From an uncultured Pseudomonadota bacterium (lineage in GTDB: Bacteria > Oederibacteriota > Muellerivitia > Muellerivitales > Muellerivitaceae), in the NCBI GenBank assembly GCA_963843375.1, contig CAWJKT010000003.1:64001-128000 (forward strand): a stretch of DNA of 64,000 nucleotides, written 5' to 3'. The position numbers and the translations under genes are program-made. The notes under the pieces are model-generated. The model was not told the origin of the DNA. It saw nothing but the letters and a program-made list of their open reading frames with translations, and did not search any database. Of the stretch, positions 1-11,581 are shown in pieces. How positions within the stretch are numbered: the first letter of the stretch is position 1; each line of letters begins with the position of its first letter.

Positions 1-58
1 TTTTTTGTGGCTCAGAATTTCCCGCCCCAAGATCGAACACCGCAGGAGGCTCAAAACT

Positions 59-86
59 ATTTTAAAAGGGTGCACGGACTTGTCAA
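59..86 (-). promoter_or_regulatory. sigma70-like promoter firing leftwards out of the window
   Basis: Minus strand TTGACA-N16-TAAAAT. Confidence 0.45.
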
Positions 87-283
87 GGCCAGTTCGTAAG
101 GGGAAAAGCTTGGTTTCCGTTTGGAACCACAAATTTGTTGACGGATACCCAATTAACCGAAGATTAGATTTAACCGGGATTTGTTTTGAGGAAAGAGGGA
201 TTTTGACAAATGATTCAAATGAGCGGTTGAGAATTTAAGTTGACTATTGGAAAATGCTTCGCGACCCAGGAAGGATTTCCCCG

Positions 284-559
284 ATGCAAATTCATGTTCG
301 TTCGGTTCAAGCGCCGCGATTCTTGGTTCCCCTTTTGATATTGGCCGCGCTGGCTTTGATCCCTTTCGCCCTGATGCTGGACTTGGTCTGGCGGCGGTGG
401 CCATTGGCGCTTCGGCATTGCGCATCTTATTACCCTCGCCGGAAAAACTCGAGGCCGGTTCAGCGAAAACCGCTTTTTCCAGGGTGGAACAAAAGATTTT
501 CTGATCCTTCCGTCATTGACGCGGAATATGAGATAAAGGATTCCGATGAAAAAAAATAA
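284..559 (+). CDS. small hypothetical membrane protein (probably two compensating indels internally)
   Basis: AGGAAGGA before ATG 284. Hydrophobic stretch FLVPLLILAALALIPFALML continues as GLGLAAVAIGASAL in the neighbouring frame. C-terminus VIDAEYEIKD. Confidence 0.5.
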   Translation: MQIHVRSVQAPRFLVPLLILAALALIPFALMLDLVWRRWPLALRHCASYYPRRKNSRPVQRKPLFPGWNKRFSDPSVIDAEYEIKDSDEKK

Positions 560-581
560 TCCGTGAAAACCGTCAAGAGGC

Positions 582-3061
582 ATGTCGAACCCAAGGATCT
601 TCCGAATTTGAGCTTTACAAGGGAATTAGGGTTGAGGACTTCAAACATTCCTTCCAGGAAAACCTCAAGTACCGGTTGATTAAAGAAAGCGAAACCGCCA
701 CCGATTACGACCGATATTTGAGCCTGGCCTATGCCATCCGGGACCGCCAGGTGGAAAATTGGGTCGCGACCCAAAAGACCTACCGGACTCAAAAGGTGAA
801 AAGGGTTTACTATTTATCCTTGGAGTTCCTGATGGGACGGACCTTGGGCAACTCGGTCATTAACCTGCAGGTTGAGGACAGGGTTTCGAAAGCCCTTCTG
901 GATTTGGGGTTCAACTTGGAGGAACTCCGGGAAGCGGAGATTGACGCGGGTCTTGGAAACGGCGGCCTGGGACGCCTGGCGGCTTGCTTCATGGATTCGC
1001 TGGCGACTTTGGAAATTCCCGCTTATGGTTATGGCATCCGTTACGATTACGGGATTTTCCGGCAAAAGATCGTCCGGGGTTACCAGGTGGAAGAACCGGA
1101 TGAGTGGTTGAGCAAGGAAAACCCTTGGGAGAAATCCCGGCCCGAATATACCTATCGGATTAAGTTTGGGGGCCATGTGGCCCAACGCACAAACCGCGCC
1201 GGAAAACAGGTTTTTGACTGGGTGGATACGGAAGATGTCCTGGCCGCGGCTTATGACACCCCGATTCCCGGTTATGGCAACAAAACCGTGAACAACCTGA
1301 GGCTGTGGTCCGCCAAGGCTACGGAGGAATTCGACCTCGACTTCTTCAACAAGGGGAATTATTTCGCCGCCACTTCCAAGAAAACCGAGACCGAATCCAT
1401 TTCCAAGGTCCTTTATCCCAATGACAACAGCCCGGAAGGGCGGGAATTGCGCCTGAAACAACAGTATTTCTTCGTGTCCGCCTCGATTCAGGACATCCTG
1501 CGGCGTTTTAAGCGGGAGCACCGGGATTTTCGGACACTGCCGGATGTGGCGGCCATCCAACTCAATGACACCCATCCCACCATCGCTATCGCCGAATTCA
1601 TGAGGATCATGCTGGACTTGGAGGGGATGGATTGGGAATGGCCTGGGAAGTGACCAAGGCGCTATTTTCGGCTATACCAACCACACGCTTTTGCCGGAAG
1701 CCCTGGAAAAGTGGCCAATTGAACCTTTTTGGGCGGCTGTTTCCGCGGCATCTCCAGATCATCCAGGAAATCAACGCCCGTTTTTTAAGGGAAGTGGCCA
1801 ACCATTATCCCGGTGACAAGGACCGGCTTCGGCGAATGTCCATTTTTGAGGAAGGTCCGGACCCGCATATTCGCATGGCCCACTTGGCGATTGTCGGGCA
1901 GCCATTCGGTCAACGGGGTCTCCGCCTTGCACACGGAGCTGTTAAAGAAGTCACGTGGTTCCGGATTTCAACGATCTTTATCCTGAGCGGTTTAACAATA
2001 AGACCAACGGCATCACGCAAAGGCGGTGGTTGAAAAAGTGCAATCCGGGACTTTCCGAACTGATCACCTCCAAAATCGGGGACAAATGGGTGACCGACCT
2101 GAACCAGTTGAAAAAACTGGAAAAATTCGCCGAGGACAAGAAATTTCAGGCCCAATGGCGGGAAGTCAAAAAACAGAACAAGGAAAAGCTGGCCGGCCCT
2201 CATCGCTGTTGAACAGAGATTGGCCATCGATACGGAATCGATTTTTGACGTTCAGGTCAAACGCATTCATGAGTACAAACGGCAGCTTTTGAACGCATTG
2301 CACGTCATCGCGCTTTACCGGCGGATCAAGGCGAATCCGGGCGCGTCCTTTGTGCCCCGGACCGTTTTCTTTGGGGGCAAGGCCGCTCCGGGCTATCACC
2401 AAGCCAAGCTCATCATCAAGTTCATCAGCGCCATCGGGGACGTGGTCAACCAGGATCCCCAGATCAAGGGAAAGCTGATGAGTGTGTTTCTTCCCAATTA
2501 CCGCGTGTCCTTGGCGGAGAAAATCATTCCAGCCACCGACCTGTCGGAGCAAATTTCTACCGCCGGGAAAGAAGCCTCCGGAACGGGAAACATGAAATTC
2601 GCCCTCAATGGAGCGCTGACCATCGGGACATTGGATGGGGCGAATATTGAAATTAAGGAAGAAGTGGGGGACGAGAATATCTTTATTTTTGGGCTGACGG
2701 CGGAGGAAGTGGTCCAAACCCGGCGGCAGGGGTACAACCCCCGGGATTATTACCACAAATCCGCGGAATTAAAAGGCGTGCTGGATTTGATCGCCAGCGG
2801 CTTTTTCTCGCCGGAAAATCCCGGAGCTTTTCCAGCCCATCTATGAGTCCTTGATGAACCATGACGAGTATCTGCTGTTGGCGGATTTTGACGCCTTATG
2901 TGGAATGCCAGGACAAGGTGGCCGAGGTTTACCGGGATCAAGACGAGTGGTCCCGGATGTCCATTTTAAACGTTGCCCGGATGGGCAAGTTTTCCAGCGA
3001 CAGGACCATTCAGGAATATTGCGATGACATTTGGAGGGTGAAGCCGGTCAAGATCAACTGA
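582..3061 (+). CDS. glgP: glycogen/alpha-glucan phosphorylase, reconstructed across several frameshifts; start uncertain (546-676)
   Basis: [53 protein letters not shown]-site [10 protein letters not shown] and KFSSDRTI occur in order in ORFs 676-1653, 1632-2033, 1955-2212, 2220-2846 and 2861-3061. Confidence 0.93.
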
Positions 3062-3100
3062 TTCAATTGGGTTTAAGCAGAACCCGCTCGATCGGTTACG

Positions 3101-3940
3101 CTATTCGAGGATGGCGTCGATTTTTTTGAAAATATTTTTCAGTTTCTCATCCGAGGGAAGAAAATTATCAGAAGCGGTTTGTGATTTGACTGAGGGGTTG
3201 GAGGGCATTGATTTTTCTTTTTCCGAATTTTCTTGTGCCTGCTTGAATTCGGCTTTCATGTGATCCGCTTTAGCTTTTAAATCCTTGATCTCGGCTTGGG
3301 CCTCGTCATTCAAACCCTCTGCGGCGACCAAATCTTCTTTTGTTTTTTCGAGTTGTAAAGTGAGCGTTTGCACCTGATTTTGCAAACGGTTGGCTTCCTT
3401 TGAGGAATCCTCTTCTTTTCGAAGGATGCCTTCCAACTCCTTTCGGGCGTTTTCCAATTCCGTTTTCCGATCGTTCAGGGTTTTAAGGGTGCTTTCCAGT
3501 TCTTTTTTTGCTTTTTCGGCTTCGGCCGTTTTTTGATCGGCCTCGTTTTTGAGTTTCAGAAGTTCGGTGGTGGCTTCTTCGAGTTTTTTCCTATTCTCGG
3601 TTGTTTCGCCCTTGAGCTTGTCCCCCTGATCCTTCAGCTCCAAGGTGTGTTTTAGCGATCCGTCGGCGGATTTTTTCATTTCCAGGAGATTTTTTTCAAG
3701 GGTTTCAATAAGTCTGAGGTTTTCGCTTTTAACCTTTTCCAGACGGTGGAGTTCGTCCGCGATATTCATGGAGACCAGGATGGCCACCTTTGCGGCCGGA
3801 GCGGAAGACTTCTTGCCGATTTCGCTCATTTTCCCGTCCACGAACTTGGCCAGTTCGGCGATATATTGCGGGTCGGCTTCCCCTTTCAGGGTGTATTCGT
3901 TGCCATAAATGGTGACGGTAACGGCTTTTTTCTCGCTCAT
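3101..3940 (-). CDS. zapA: ZapA-family cell division protein with long C-terminal coiled coil
   Basis: N-terminus VTVTIYGNEYTLKG...YIAELAKFVDGKM...KVAILVSMNIADEL is ZapA-like. Lies downstream of pheT. Confidence 0.8.
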   Translation of the reverse strand: MSEKKAVTVTIYGNEYTLKGEADPQYIAELAKFVDGKMSEIGKKSSAPAAKVAILVSMNIADELHRLEKVKSENLRLIETLEKNLLEMKKSADGSLKHTLELKDQGDKLKGETTENRKKLEEATTELLKLKNEADQKTAEAEKAKKELESTLKTLNDRKTELENARKELEGILRKEEDSSKEANRLQNQVQTLTLQLEKTKEDLVAAEGLNDEAQAEIKDLKAKADHMKAEFKQAQENSEKEKSMPSNPSVKSQTASDNFLPSDEKLKNIFKKIDAILE

Positions 3941-3955
3941 GGTTTTCCTAGGAAC

Positions 3956-4267
3956 TTAATGATCTTCCAGCTTTAATTCACTGGCTAAGGTTTCAATACG
4001 CTGTAAGTTGTGTTTTACCAACTTTAGGTCTTCCAAAGCGTTTTCGTATTGATGGCGAAGTTTTTGGTTTTCTTCATTCCCCGGGCCTGGTTCAGTAACC
4101 GGCATGTCTTTTAATTGGTTCTTTAAAAGGACATTTTCTTTCATTAGTTGTGCGTTGGCGTTTCGAAGCTGGACGATTCCTTCTAAAAGGCGGTTGATCC
4201 GTTTTTCCAAGTCTTCCCACAGGGATTTGGGCTCGGAGGAATGCCCGAATAGATCATCGGAGTGCAA
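3956..4267 (-). CDS. coiled-coil protein, ZapB-like by position
   Basis: LEKRINRLLEGIVQLRNANAQLMKEN heptads. Between pheT and zapA, overlapping the pheT stop. Confidence 0.6.
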   Translation of the reverse strand: MHSDDLFGHSSEPKSLWEDLEKRINRLLEGIVQLRNANAQLMKENVLLKNQLKDMPVTEPGPGNEENQKLRHQYENALEDLKLVKHNLQRIETLASELKLEDH

Positions 4268-6666
4268 TGGAAAACCTCGATTTCAAGCCGTCCACAATTT
4301 GGGAAACTTTTTGCGCCACTTCCTGGTCGGTCAAAGTGCGTTCCTCATTCAAAAATTGCATTCGGTAGGCGAGGCTTCGGACGCCCGGGGATAGATGGGG
4401 ACCACGGTAAAGATCAAATAAAAAGACCTTTTTAAGGTCGGGTTTTCCCATGTCTTCAATGGCCACCAAAACCTGGTTTGATGTTACACCATCCGGAACC
4501 ATTAGGGCAATGTCTCTCCACGCCGCCGGAAACTTGGGCAGGGAATGGTAGCTCTTGGAAATGTGGGCGGCCTTTTGAAGAGCCTCGGGCTCTAATTCGA
4601 AAGCGAAAGCTGGAACGGAAATGTCATATTCCTTAAGGACTTTGGGGTGAATGGAGCCGCCTTGGGCCAAAAGTTGTCCTTGCGAGGTTTTAACCTCGAA
4701 ATTCTGCAAGGGGTCATAAGGAGCGGATGACTGTTGGAAACTCCACTGAAAATCCATAATCCCGCAATTGAAGAGAAGATTTTCAACCAACCCCTTGATA
4801 TCGTAAAAATCGGCTTTGCGTTCGGGGGAATACCAATGGGCTTGGGCGGCTGTTCCGGCGATGATCGCCGCCACCCGAACCTTTTCTGTGACTTTGCCCT
4901 CGGAAGACGGCAAAAATACTTTATTGATCTCGTATAACGAGACGGTTTCTTCCTGGTGGGAAAGGTTCAACTGGACGTTCGCCAGCAGTGAAGTCAAAAG
5001 CGTGGGCCGCAAAACCCGCTGGTCGTCGGTAATTGGATTGGCCACTTCCTGGAATTTCCGCAAAGGGTGGTTTTCCGCCAATTTGAGCTTTTGAAAAAAG
5101 TTGCCAGGCCAAAAATGTTGAATTAACCGCTTCATAGAAACCGGCTTGGTGTAAAGCAAAGCGAATTTCTTTTTCGAACGGAATTCCCGAACCCAGGGGA
5201 AAAAGAAATGAGGGGATGCTTGGGGGGGCCATAGGGAGCTTGTCATACCCGGAAAGACGCGCCATTTCCTCAATAAGATCGATCTCCCGAGTTAAATCCA
5301 GTCGATAACTGGGGCAGCGGACGGAAAGCGTTTTTGAAGTGGGTGAACCTTTAATTTTGCATCCGAGGTTTTTTAGAATCCCGATTTGAGTTTTGGCCGG
5401 TATTTCCAAACCTAGGATTTTATCGGATCTTTGCGGTCGGAAAGAAAGGGAAGATGTTTTGAAACTTTTGGTCGAAATGGAGCCGATACCTTTCGCCAAG
5501 TGGCCGCCTGCCACTTCGAGGATAAGGGTGACAGCCCTTTCCAGGGCGACTCGCACACCTTCCGGATCCACGCCTCGCTCGAATCGATAAGAAGAATCGG
5601 TGGAAATGCCTAAGCTTCGGGCGGTTTTGCGCACACTGCCCGGCAAGAAGAAGGCCGCCTCCAATAAGATAGTCTGGGTTTGATTGTTTACTTGAGAATT
5701 GCTTCCGCCCATGATTCCGGCCAAGGCAATGGGGCGGTCGGCATCCGAAATCACCAGCATGTCTTCTTTCAATTCCCGTTCGCTGTTATCCAACAGGGGA
5801 ATTTTTTCTCCCTGGATCGCGGTTCGGACAATAATCTGGCGTCCATGGATCTGCCCCAGGTCAAAAGCGTGGAGGGGTTGGCCGGTTTCCAAAAGGACAT
5901 AGTTGGTCACATCGACGATATTATTGATGGACCTTTGGCCCATTTTATTTAATGTTTGGATAAGCCACTTGGGCGAAGGGCCCACAGTGACCCCTTCGAT
6001 GGCGCGGCAAGTGTAGAGGTGACATAAGTCTTTAGCCTCGATTTTGATGTGGGTCAGCTTTGAGAGGGGAATTGAGCTTTCCTTGAGTTTTTTTGGTTTG
6101 GGATATTGGACGGGTTTGTGGAAGAGGGCGCCCAATTCGCGCGCCACTCCCCAATGGCTTAAAAGGTCAGCGCGGTTGGGGGTAATTTCTAGTTCGAAAA
6201 GAGTGTCGGGCAAGCCCATATAACCTAGGAATTCAGCCCCGACGGGCGCATCGGGGGGCAAAATCAGAATACCCTCGGCGTCCTCGGCCAAACCTAATTC
6301 CTTGGCGGAACAAAGCATGCCGAAAGATTCGACTCCGCGGATTTTGGCGGCTCTGATTTCAAAGTTTCCAGGAAGCAAGGCTCCGACTTTGGCAAGGGGA
6401 ACCTTTTGCCCCGCAGCGATGTTTTTGGCTCCGCAAACTACCTGGAAAGTCTCGGTTCCGGTAGAAACCTTCGTAAGGGATAAGCGATCAGCCTGGGGAT
6501 GTTTTTCAACGGACAGGATTTCAGCCACTACCACCTGGCTAATGTCACACCCTAGATGTTTTACATTTTCAACAGCGACGCCAGCGTGGATCAAGCGCTC
6601 CAATACTATTTCCACAGGTTCTTTGAGAGAAATATATTGTTTGAGCCAGTTATATGAGATAAGCAT
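4254..6666 (-). CDS. pheT: phenylalanine-tRNA ligase beta subunit (one frameshift near 5108)
   Basis: MLISYNWL start, HPQADRL, CGAKN, IRGVESFGMLCS, EITPNRADLLS, RFERGVD, REIDLIEE, and C-terminal FDX-ACB (LFDLYRG...RSLAY...RTLTD). Confidence 0.95.
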
Positions 6667-6722
6667 TGGGGAATCCGTAATGAATTTATAGAAAAACAGC
6701 GAAAAGACACGAATTTTCAAGA

Positions 6723-6752
6723 AGTTTAGATTAGAGCCTAGGGGACTGTCAA
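6723..6752 (-). promoter_or_regulatory. sigma70-like promoter for pheT
   Basis: Minus strand TTGACA-N18-TAAACT. Confidence 0.5.
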
Positions 6753-6920
6753 CAAGGACCCTGGGGATCAATTGTACTTGGTGTTTGCAAAATGGGAATT
6801 GGAACGCTGCTTTTTTGGTGATTTTAAGTGGGCTTATCCTTTAAGCTAGCCGCCTCGTAAAACTAGTTTATTCGGCGATTCATGGTTTACAGCTTATGAC
6901 GGATACATTGAAAGGTGGTG

Positions 6921-8022
6921 ATGAGATTGGCGTTGTTTGAATTGGACGTCAAGTCTCTGGAGAGAAAGTTTACCGAAGTGAGGGATCATCTTTGACCCCG
7001 CTCAAGTTAAGCGGGACATAGAGCGGCTCGAGGACCAAACCACCCAACCCAAATTCTGGGATGATCCTAAAAGCGCGCAGGTTGTAACGGCCCAATTGGC
7101 TCGGTTGAAAGACACCATGGCGCTGGTGCAGGACTTTGAAAAACAATACCACGATCTGCTTACTTACAACGAATTGCTCAAAGAACAACACGACCCCACC
7201 TTGATTGCGGAAATGGAGCAAAGTCATAAGAAGTTCGAGACGGACTTCCGAACTTTCGAGCTCAAACGGAATTTCAGCGGCAAATATGATTTCAATAACG
7301 CCTATGTTTCCATCCATCCTGGAGCAGGAGGCACGGAAAGCCAAGATTGGGCTTCCATGCTTTTGCGCATGTATTTGCGCTGGATGGAATCCAAGGGTTA
7401 TGAAGTGGAAACCCTCGATTACCAGGTGGCCGAAGAGGCGGGAATCAAATCCGTTTCCCTTTTTGTGAAAGGCCCCTGGGCCTATGGCTTTCTTAAGGTT
7501 GAAAAAGGCGTTCACCGCCTAGTGCGGATCTCACCCTTTGACGCCAACAAACGCCGCCATACGTCCTTTTCCTCGGTTGATGTCATGCCGGAAGTGGACG
7601 ATGTGGAGTTTGAGCTCCGGTGGGACGATATCAAATTCGATACATTCCGTTCGGGTGGAAAAGGTGGCCAGAACGTCAACAAAGTCGAAACTGCCGTACG
7701 GTTGACGCATATCCCTACTGGTCTCATCGTGGCCTGCCAAACCCAGCGTTCCCAGCTGCAAAACAAGGAACAGGCCTTGAAGATGCTGAAAGCTAAATTG
7801 TTCCAATATTACCAGGACCTGCATGACGAAGAGATGTCCAGGGTGGCCGGGGCTAAGAAAAAGATCGAATGGGGTAGCCAGATTCGCTCCTATGTTTTCC
7901 AACCCTACCAGATGGCTAAGGACCACCGGACCAACGTGGAAATGAACGATATCAGCCGGGTTATGGATGGGGATATCGATCCTTTCATTGAAGCGGCCCT
8001 AAAAGCCAAGATAGTTGATTAG
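6921..8022 (+). CDS. prfB: peptide chain release factor 2 with programmed +1 frameshift
   Basis: 24 codons from ATG 6921 end in CTT TGA C (6990-6996). The +1 frame (GAC 6994) is continuous with the 7096-8022 ORF containing GAGGTES, SPF and GGQ. Confidence 0.97.
6978..6996 (+). promoter_or_regulatory. RF2 autoregulatory frameshift site
   Basis: GTG AGG GAT CAT CTT TGA C: internal SD-like sequence followed by the slippery CTT TGA C. Confidence 0.92.
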
Positions 8023-8069
8023 TTTTTCAATGTTATACTAGCCGTTCATTTCAAGGAGTTTTGCGGAAA

Positions 8070-9578
8070 ATGTCCCAACTGAACGAATTTATTAAAGTCC
8101 GATTAGAAAAACTCAAAGCCCTTAGAGAAAGGGGAATTAACCCCTATCCATCTGAAGCTTTTGAAATGACCCATCATTCGGCGGATATTCTGGAAAAGTA
8201 TAAAGATCTGCAGCCCGGGGAACACAAGGAAAGGGAAAAAGTCTCGATTGCAGGAAGACTGATGACCATCCGCGGTATGGGAAAAAGTTCATTCGCTCAC
8301 ATTCTTGATTCACGCGGGAAAATCCAGATTTATATTAAGAAAGACGGCGTGGGTGAAAAATTCTATGAAATTTTCAATCTGCTGGATTTGGGTGACATCA
8401 TTGGCGTAAGGGGTTTTCCTTTTAAGACCAAAACCGGTGAAGTGAGCATTCACGTTGAGTTTTTTGAGATTCTATGCAAATCGCTCCACCAGTTGCCGGA
8501 AAAGTGGCACGGTCTTACCGATGTGGAGGCCCGTTACCGGCATCGCTACGTTGATTTGATCGTCAATGATGAAGTTCGGAAAACTTTCGAAACCCGTTCG
8601 AAGGTGGTCGGGGCTATTCGCAAACACCTGGATGGGAACGGGTTTCTGGAAGTGGAAACCCCCATGATGCATCCCATTCCCGGCGGGGCCACAGCCAAGC
8701 CCTTCTTGACCCATCACAACGCGTTGGATATGGATTTGTTTCTTCGTATTGCCCCGGAGCTTTACCTAAAACGCCTTTTGGTGGGTGGGTTCGAAAAGGT
8801 TTATGAGATCAACCGCAATTTCCGCAATGAGGGAATCAGTATTAAGCACAACCCCGAATTTACCATGTTGGAGGCCTACCAAGCCTACGGAAACAACGAA
8901 ACGGTTATGGCCTTGACCGAACAACTTTTGGCTGAAGCCGCCAAAGCCGCTGGGCAAGGTGTCAAAATCCAAGTCGGCGAGACCGAGTTGGACTTTACTC
9001 CTCCCTTCAAGCGCTTGCCCCTTTTAAGGGCTTTAGAAGAAATTGCCGGAATCGAGTATGACGAGGTTTCCGTCGACGACTTGAAGAAACGCCTGAAAAC
9101 CACCGACGTTCAGGTCAAGCACCTGGATTCATTGTCCAAGGCCGAACTGGCTTACCTGCTTTTTGGCGAATTGGTGGAATCGAACTTGATCCAACCGACT
9201 TTCATCACTGATTTCCCAATTGAAGTTTCACCCCTGGCCAAAGCCAAAGCGGATAAACCGGAGTTGACGGAGCGCTTCGAGCTTTTCATTTTTGGGCGGG
9301 AAATTGCAAATGGATTTTCCGAGTTGAATGACCCTATTGACCAGCGCTATCGATTTGAGAAACAAGTGGAATTACGCAAGGCGGGGGATGAGGAAGGAAT
9401 GTTTCTTGACGAGGATTTCATCCTGGCCCTTTCCTACGGTATGCCCCCGGCCGGAGGCGTAGGTATCGGTATCGATCGACTTTTGATGCTCTTGACCAAC
9501 AGTCCCTCCATACGGGATGTCATCCTATTCCCATTGTTGCGTCAAAGGGATGACACCGAAAAAATGGTATTTGAATAA
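8070..9578 (+). CDS. lysS: lysine-tRNA ligase (class II)
   Basis: LPEKWHGL, FLEVETPMM, LRIAPELYLKRL, FRNEGIS, HNPEFTMLE, GMPPAGGVGIGIDRL. Confidence 0.98.
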   Translation: MSQLNEFIKVRLEKLKALRERGINPYPSEAFEMTHHSADILEKYKDLQPGEHKEREKVSIAGRLMTIRGMGKSSFAHILDSRGKIQIYIKKDGVGEKFYEIFNLLDLGDIIGVRGFPFKTKTGEVSIHVEFFEILCKSLHQLPEKWHGLTDVEARYRHRYVDLIVNDEVRKTFETRSKVVGAIRKHLDGNGFLEVETPMMHPIPGGATAKPFLTHHNALDMDLFLRIAPELYLKRLLVGGFEKVYEINRNFRNEGISIKHNPEFTMLEAYQAYGNNETVMALTEQLLAEAAKAAGQGVKIQVGETELDFTPPFKRLPLLRALEEIAGIEYDEVSVDDLKKRLKTTDVQVKHLDSLSKAELAYLLFGELVESNLIQPTFITDFPIEVSPLAKAKADKPELTERFELFIFGREIANGFSELNDPIDQRYRFEKQVELRKAGDEEGMFLDEDFILALSYGMPPAGGVGIGIDRLLMLLTNSPSIRDVILFPLLRQRDDTEKMVFE

Positions 9579-9617
9579 ACCCCAATTTACTTGTGATCTT
9601 CTTGATGAAGAGGTTGG

Positions 9618-10871
9618 ATGAAATACCCATTTGAAATCTTTCTCGGTCTTCGTTATCTCCGTTCCAAGCGTAAGCGCTCGGCCATTTCAATTCTGACGTG
9701 GCTTTCGGTTTTGGGTGTAGCTATCGGTGTGATGGCGCTCAACGTGGTTTTGTCAGTCATGAACGGGTTTGACGAGGATTTGAAATCCAAAATCGTAGGG
9801 TTGAACGCGCATATTATCGTATCTGGTTTTCAGAACCGTCCCCTTACCGACTACGATCAAATTACCCAAGTAATTAAAAAAATGGACCATGTGAAGGCGG
9901 TAGGCCCTTACATGGAAGGACAAGCCCTCGCCCGCTCAAAGGAGAGGTCTTTGGGAGTCATGGTTTGGGGAATCGACCCCGATGCGCCCCAGGCCATTGC
10001 GGATTTGAATAAATATCTATGGGAAGTTAAGGCTACGGCTTTAAAAAATCCTTCTATCGACGGATCGGGCAGGGGGGAAAGGATTTTTTTGGGAGCCGAA
10101 TTAGCCCGTAGACTGCAGGTTAGCGTAGGGGACGATTTAATACTTTTCCTCCCTATCCTTCAACAAACTCCGCTGGGCATGATGCCCAAAAGCATGAAAT
10201 TCCAAATTGTGGGTTTGTTTTCAACCGGTATGTATGATTACGACGAGGCCTATACTTACGTTTCGATCCAGAATGGCCAAAAAATGTACCAGTTCGAAAA
10301 TAACGTGACTGGAGTGGCGGTGAAGGTGGACAACGTGGACCTGGCGCCAGAAGTAGCCAAGGCTATTAGGGAAAGATTCGAGGGCCGCTACTTCGTTCAG
10401 GACTGGCTTCAAATGAACCATAATCTATTTGTGGCCCTCCAAACGGAAAAGTGGGTAATGGGAATTATCCTTTCGCTCATCGTTCTTGTGGCTTCTCTTA
10501 ATATCATCAATCCGCTGACAATGATGGTTATTGAAAAGACAAAGGAAATAGGCATTTTGAAAGCCATGGGGGCAACTGACCGAAGCGTCATGTCCATTTT
10601 TATTTTTGAGGGAATGTTTATCGGAATTATTGGAATTCTTGTGGGCCTGATGGGTGGTTTTGTTCTTTGTGAAATAATTGCCAGAGTGCCGATCCCAATG
10701 CCAGGGGGGGGAATGGTTTACTACATTGATCGCCTTCCGGTAAAGGTCGATCCCAAAGTTTGTTATCTCGTTATTCCCTTGATGTCGGTTTTGCTTTGTT
10801 TTATCTCGACCTTATACCCTGCACGACAGGCGGCCAAGTTGGAGCCGGTCGACGCTATCCGTTACAGTTAA
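9618..10871 (+). CDS. lolC: lipoprotein-releasing ABC transporter permease LolC/E family
   Basis: LRYLR...GVAIGVMALNVVLSVMNGF, EKTKEIGILKAMGA, YPARQAAKLEPVDAIRY. Confidence 0.92.
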   Translation: MKYPFEIFLGLRYLRSKRKRSAISILTWLSVLGVAIGVMALNVVLSVMNGFDEDLKSKIVGLNAHIIVSGFQNRPLTDYDQITQVIKKMDHVKAVGPYMEGQALARSKERSLGVMVWGIDPDAPQAIADLNKYLWEVKATALKNPSIDGSGRGERIFLGAELARRLQVSVGDDLILFLPILQQTPLGMMPKSMKFQIVGLFSTGMYDYDEAYTYVSIQNGQKMYQFENNVTGVAVKVDNVDLAPEVAKAIRERFEGRYFVQDWLQMNHNLFVALQTEKWVMGIILSLIVLVASLNIINPLTMMVIEKTKEIGILKAMGATDRSVMSIFIFEGMFIGIIGILVGLMGGFVLCEIIARVPIPMPGGGMVYYIDRLPVKVDPKVCYLVIPLMSVLLCFISTLYPARQAAKLEPVDAIRYS

Positions 10872-10878
10872 GGGAGCT

Positions 10879-11559
10879 ATGGAAATCCTCAAAGTTGAAA
10901 ACGCAACTAAGACTTACCATATGGAGGGCGAGGAGGTTCGCGCTCTCCGGGAGGTCAGCTTTTCTTTGGATGCTGGCGATATTACGGTCATTCTTGGACC
11001 TTCTGGTTCAGGGAAAAGCACCCTTTTAACTCTTATGGGGGGATTGGGCAGTCCATCCGAGGGAAAAGTCTATTGCAAGGGAAAATCCCTTTACGACATG
11101 AATAGTGAGGATTTGGCCTTTTGGCGAAACAAGCTTTTTGGGTTCATATTTCAATTCCACCACTTGATGCCAGAACTCACGGCGTTGGAGAATGTAATCT
11201 TGCCGGGACAAATCGCCCGCAAGGAATTTGAGGAATGCCGGGAAAGGGCCGAGAAGTTGCTGGCCCATGTCGGGTTGCGGAATAGAATGCTGCACAAACC
11301 CGGTGAATTATCGGGTGGGGAACAACAGAGGGTGGCCGTGTGCCGGGCTCTGATGAATGAACCTGAAATCATCCTGGCTGACGAACCAACCGGCAATCTG
11401 GACTTCAAAACGGCGGAAGGTATCCATGATGTTCTTTGGGAATTATGCCAAAAAGAAGGACGAACTCTCATTGTCGTGACGCATTATGAACCCTTGGCTA
11501 AACGGGCGGATCACATATTGACCCTCAATGCCGGACAAGTTGTTAAGAAAAGAACTTAA
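10879..11559 (+). CDS. lolD: lipoprotein-releasing ABC transporter ATPase
   Basis: [47 protein letters not shown]. Confidence 0.92.
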   Translation: MEILKVENATKTYHMEGEEVRALREVSFSLDAGDITVILGPSGSGKSTLLTLMGGLGSPSEGKVYCKGKSLYDMNSEDLAFWRNKLFGFIFQFHHLMPELTALENVILPGQIARKEFEECRERAEKLLAHVGLRNRMLHKPGELSGGEQQRVAVCRALMNEPEIILADEPTGNLDFKTAEGIHDVLWELCQKEGRTLIVVTHYEPLAKRADHILTLNAGQVVKKRT

Positions 11560-11581
11560 GCTATTCACTCCGGGAGTTTAT

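Noticed and set aside
3062..3100. 6S RNA downstream of zapA
   Set aside because: Only 39 nt are available before the convergent glgP.
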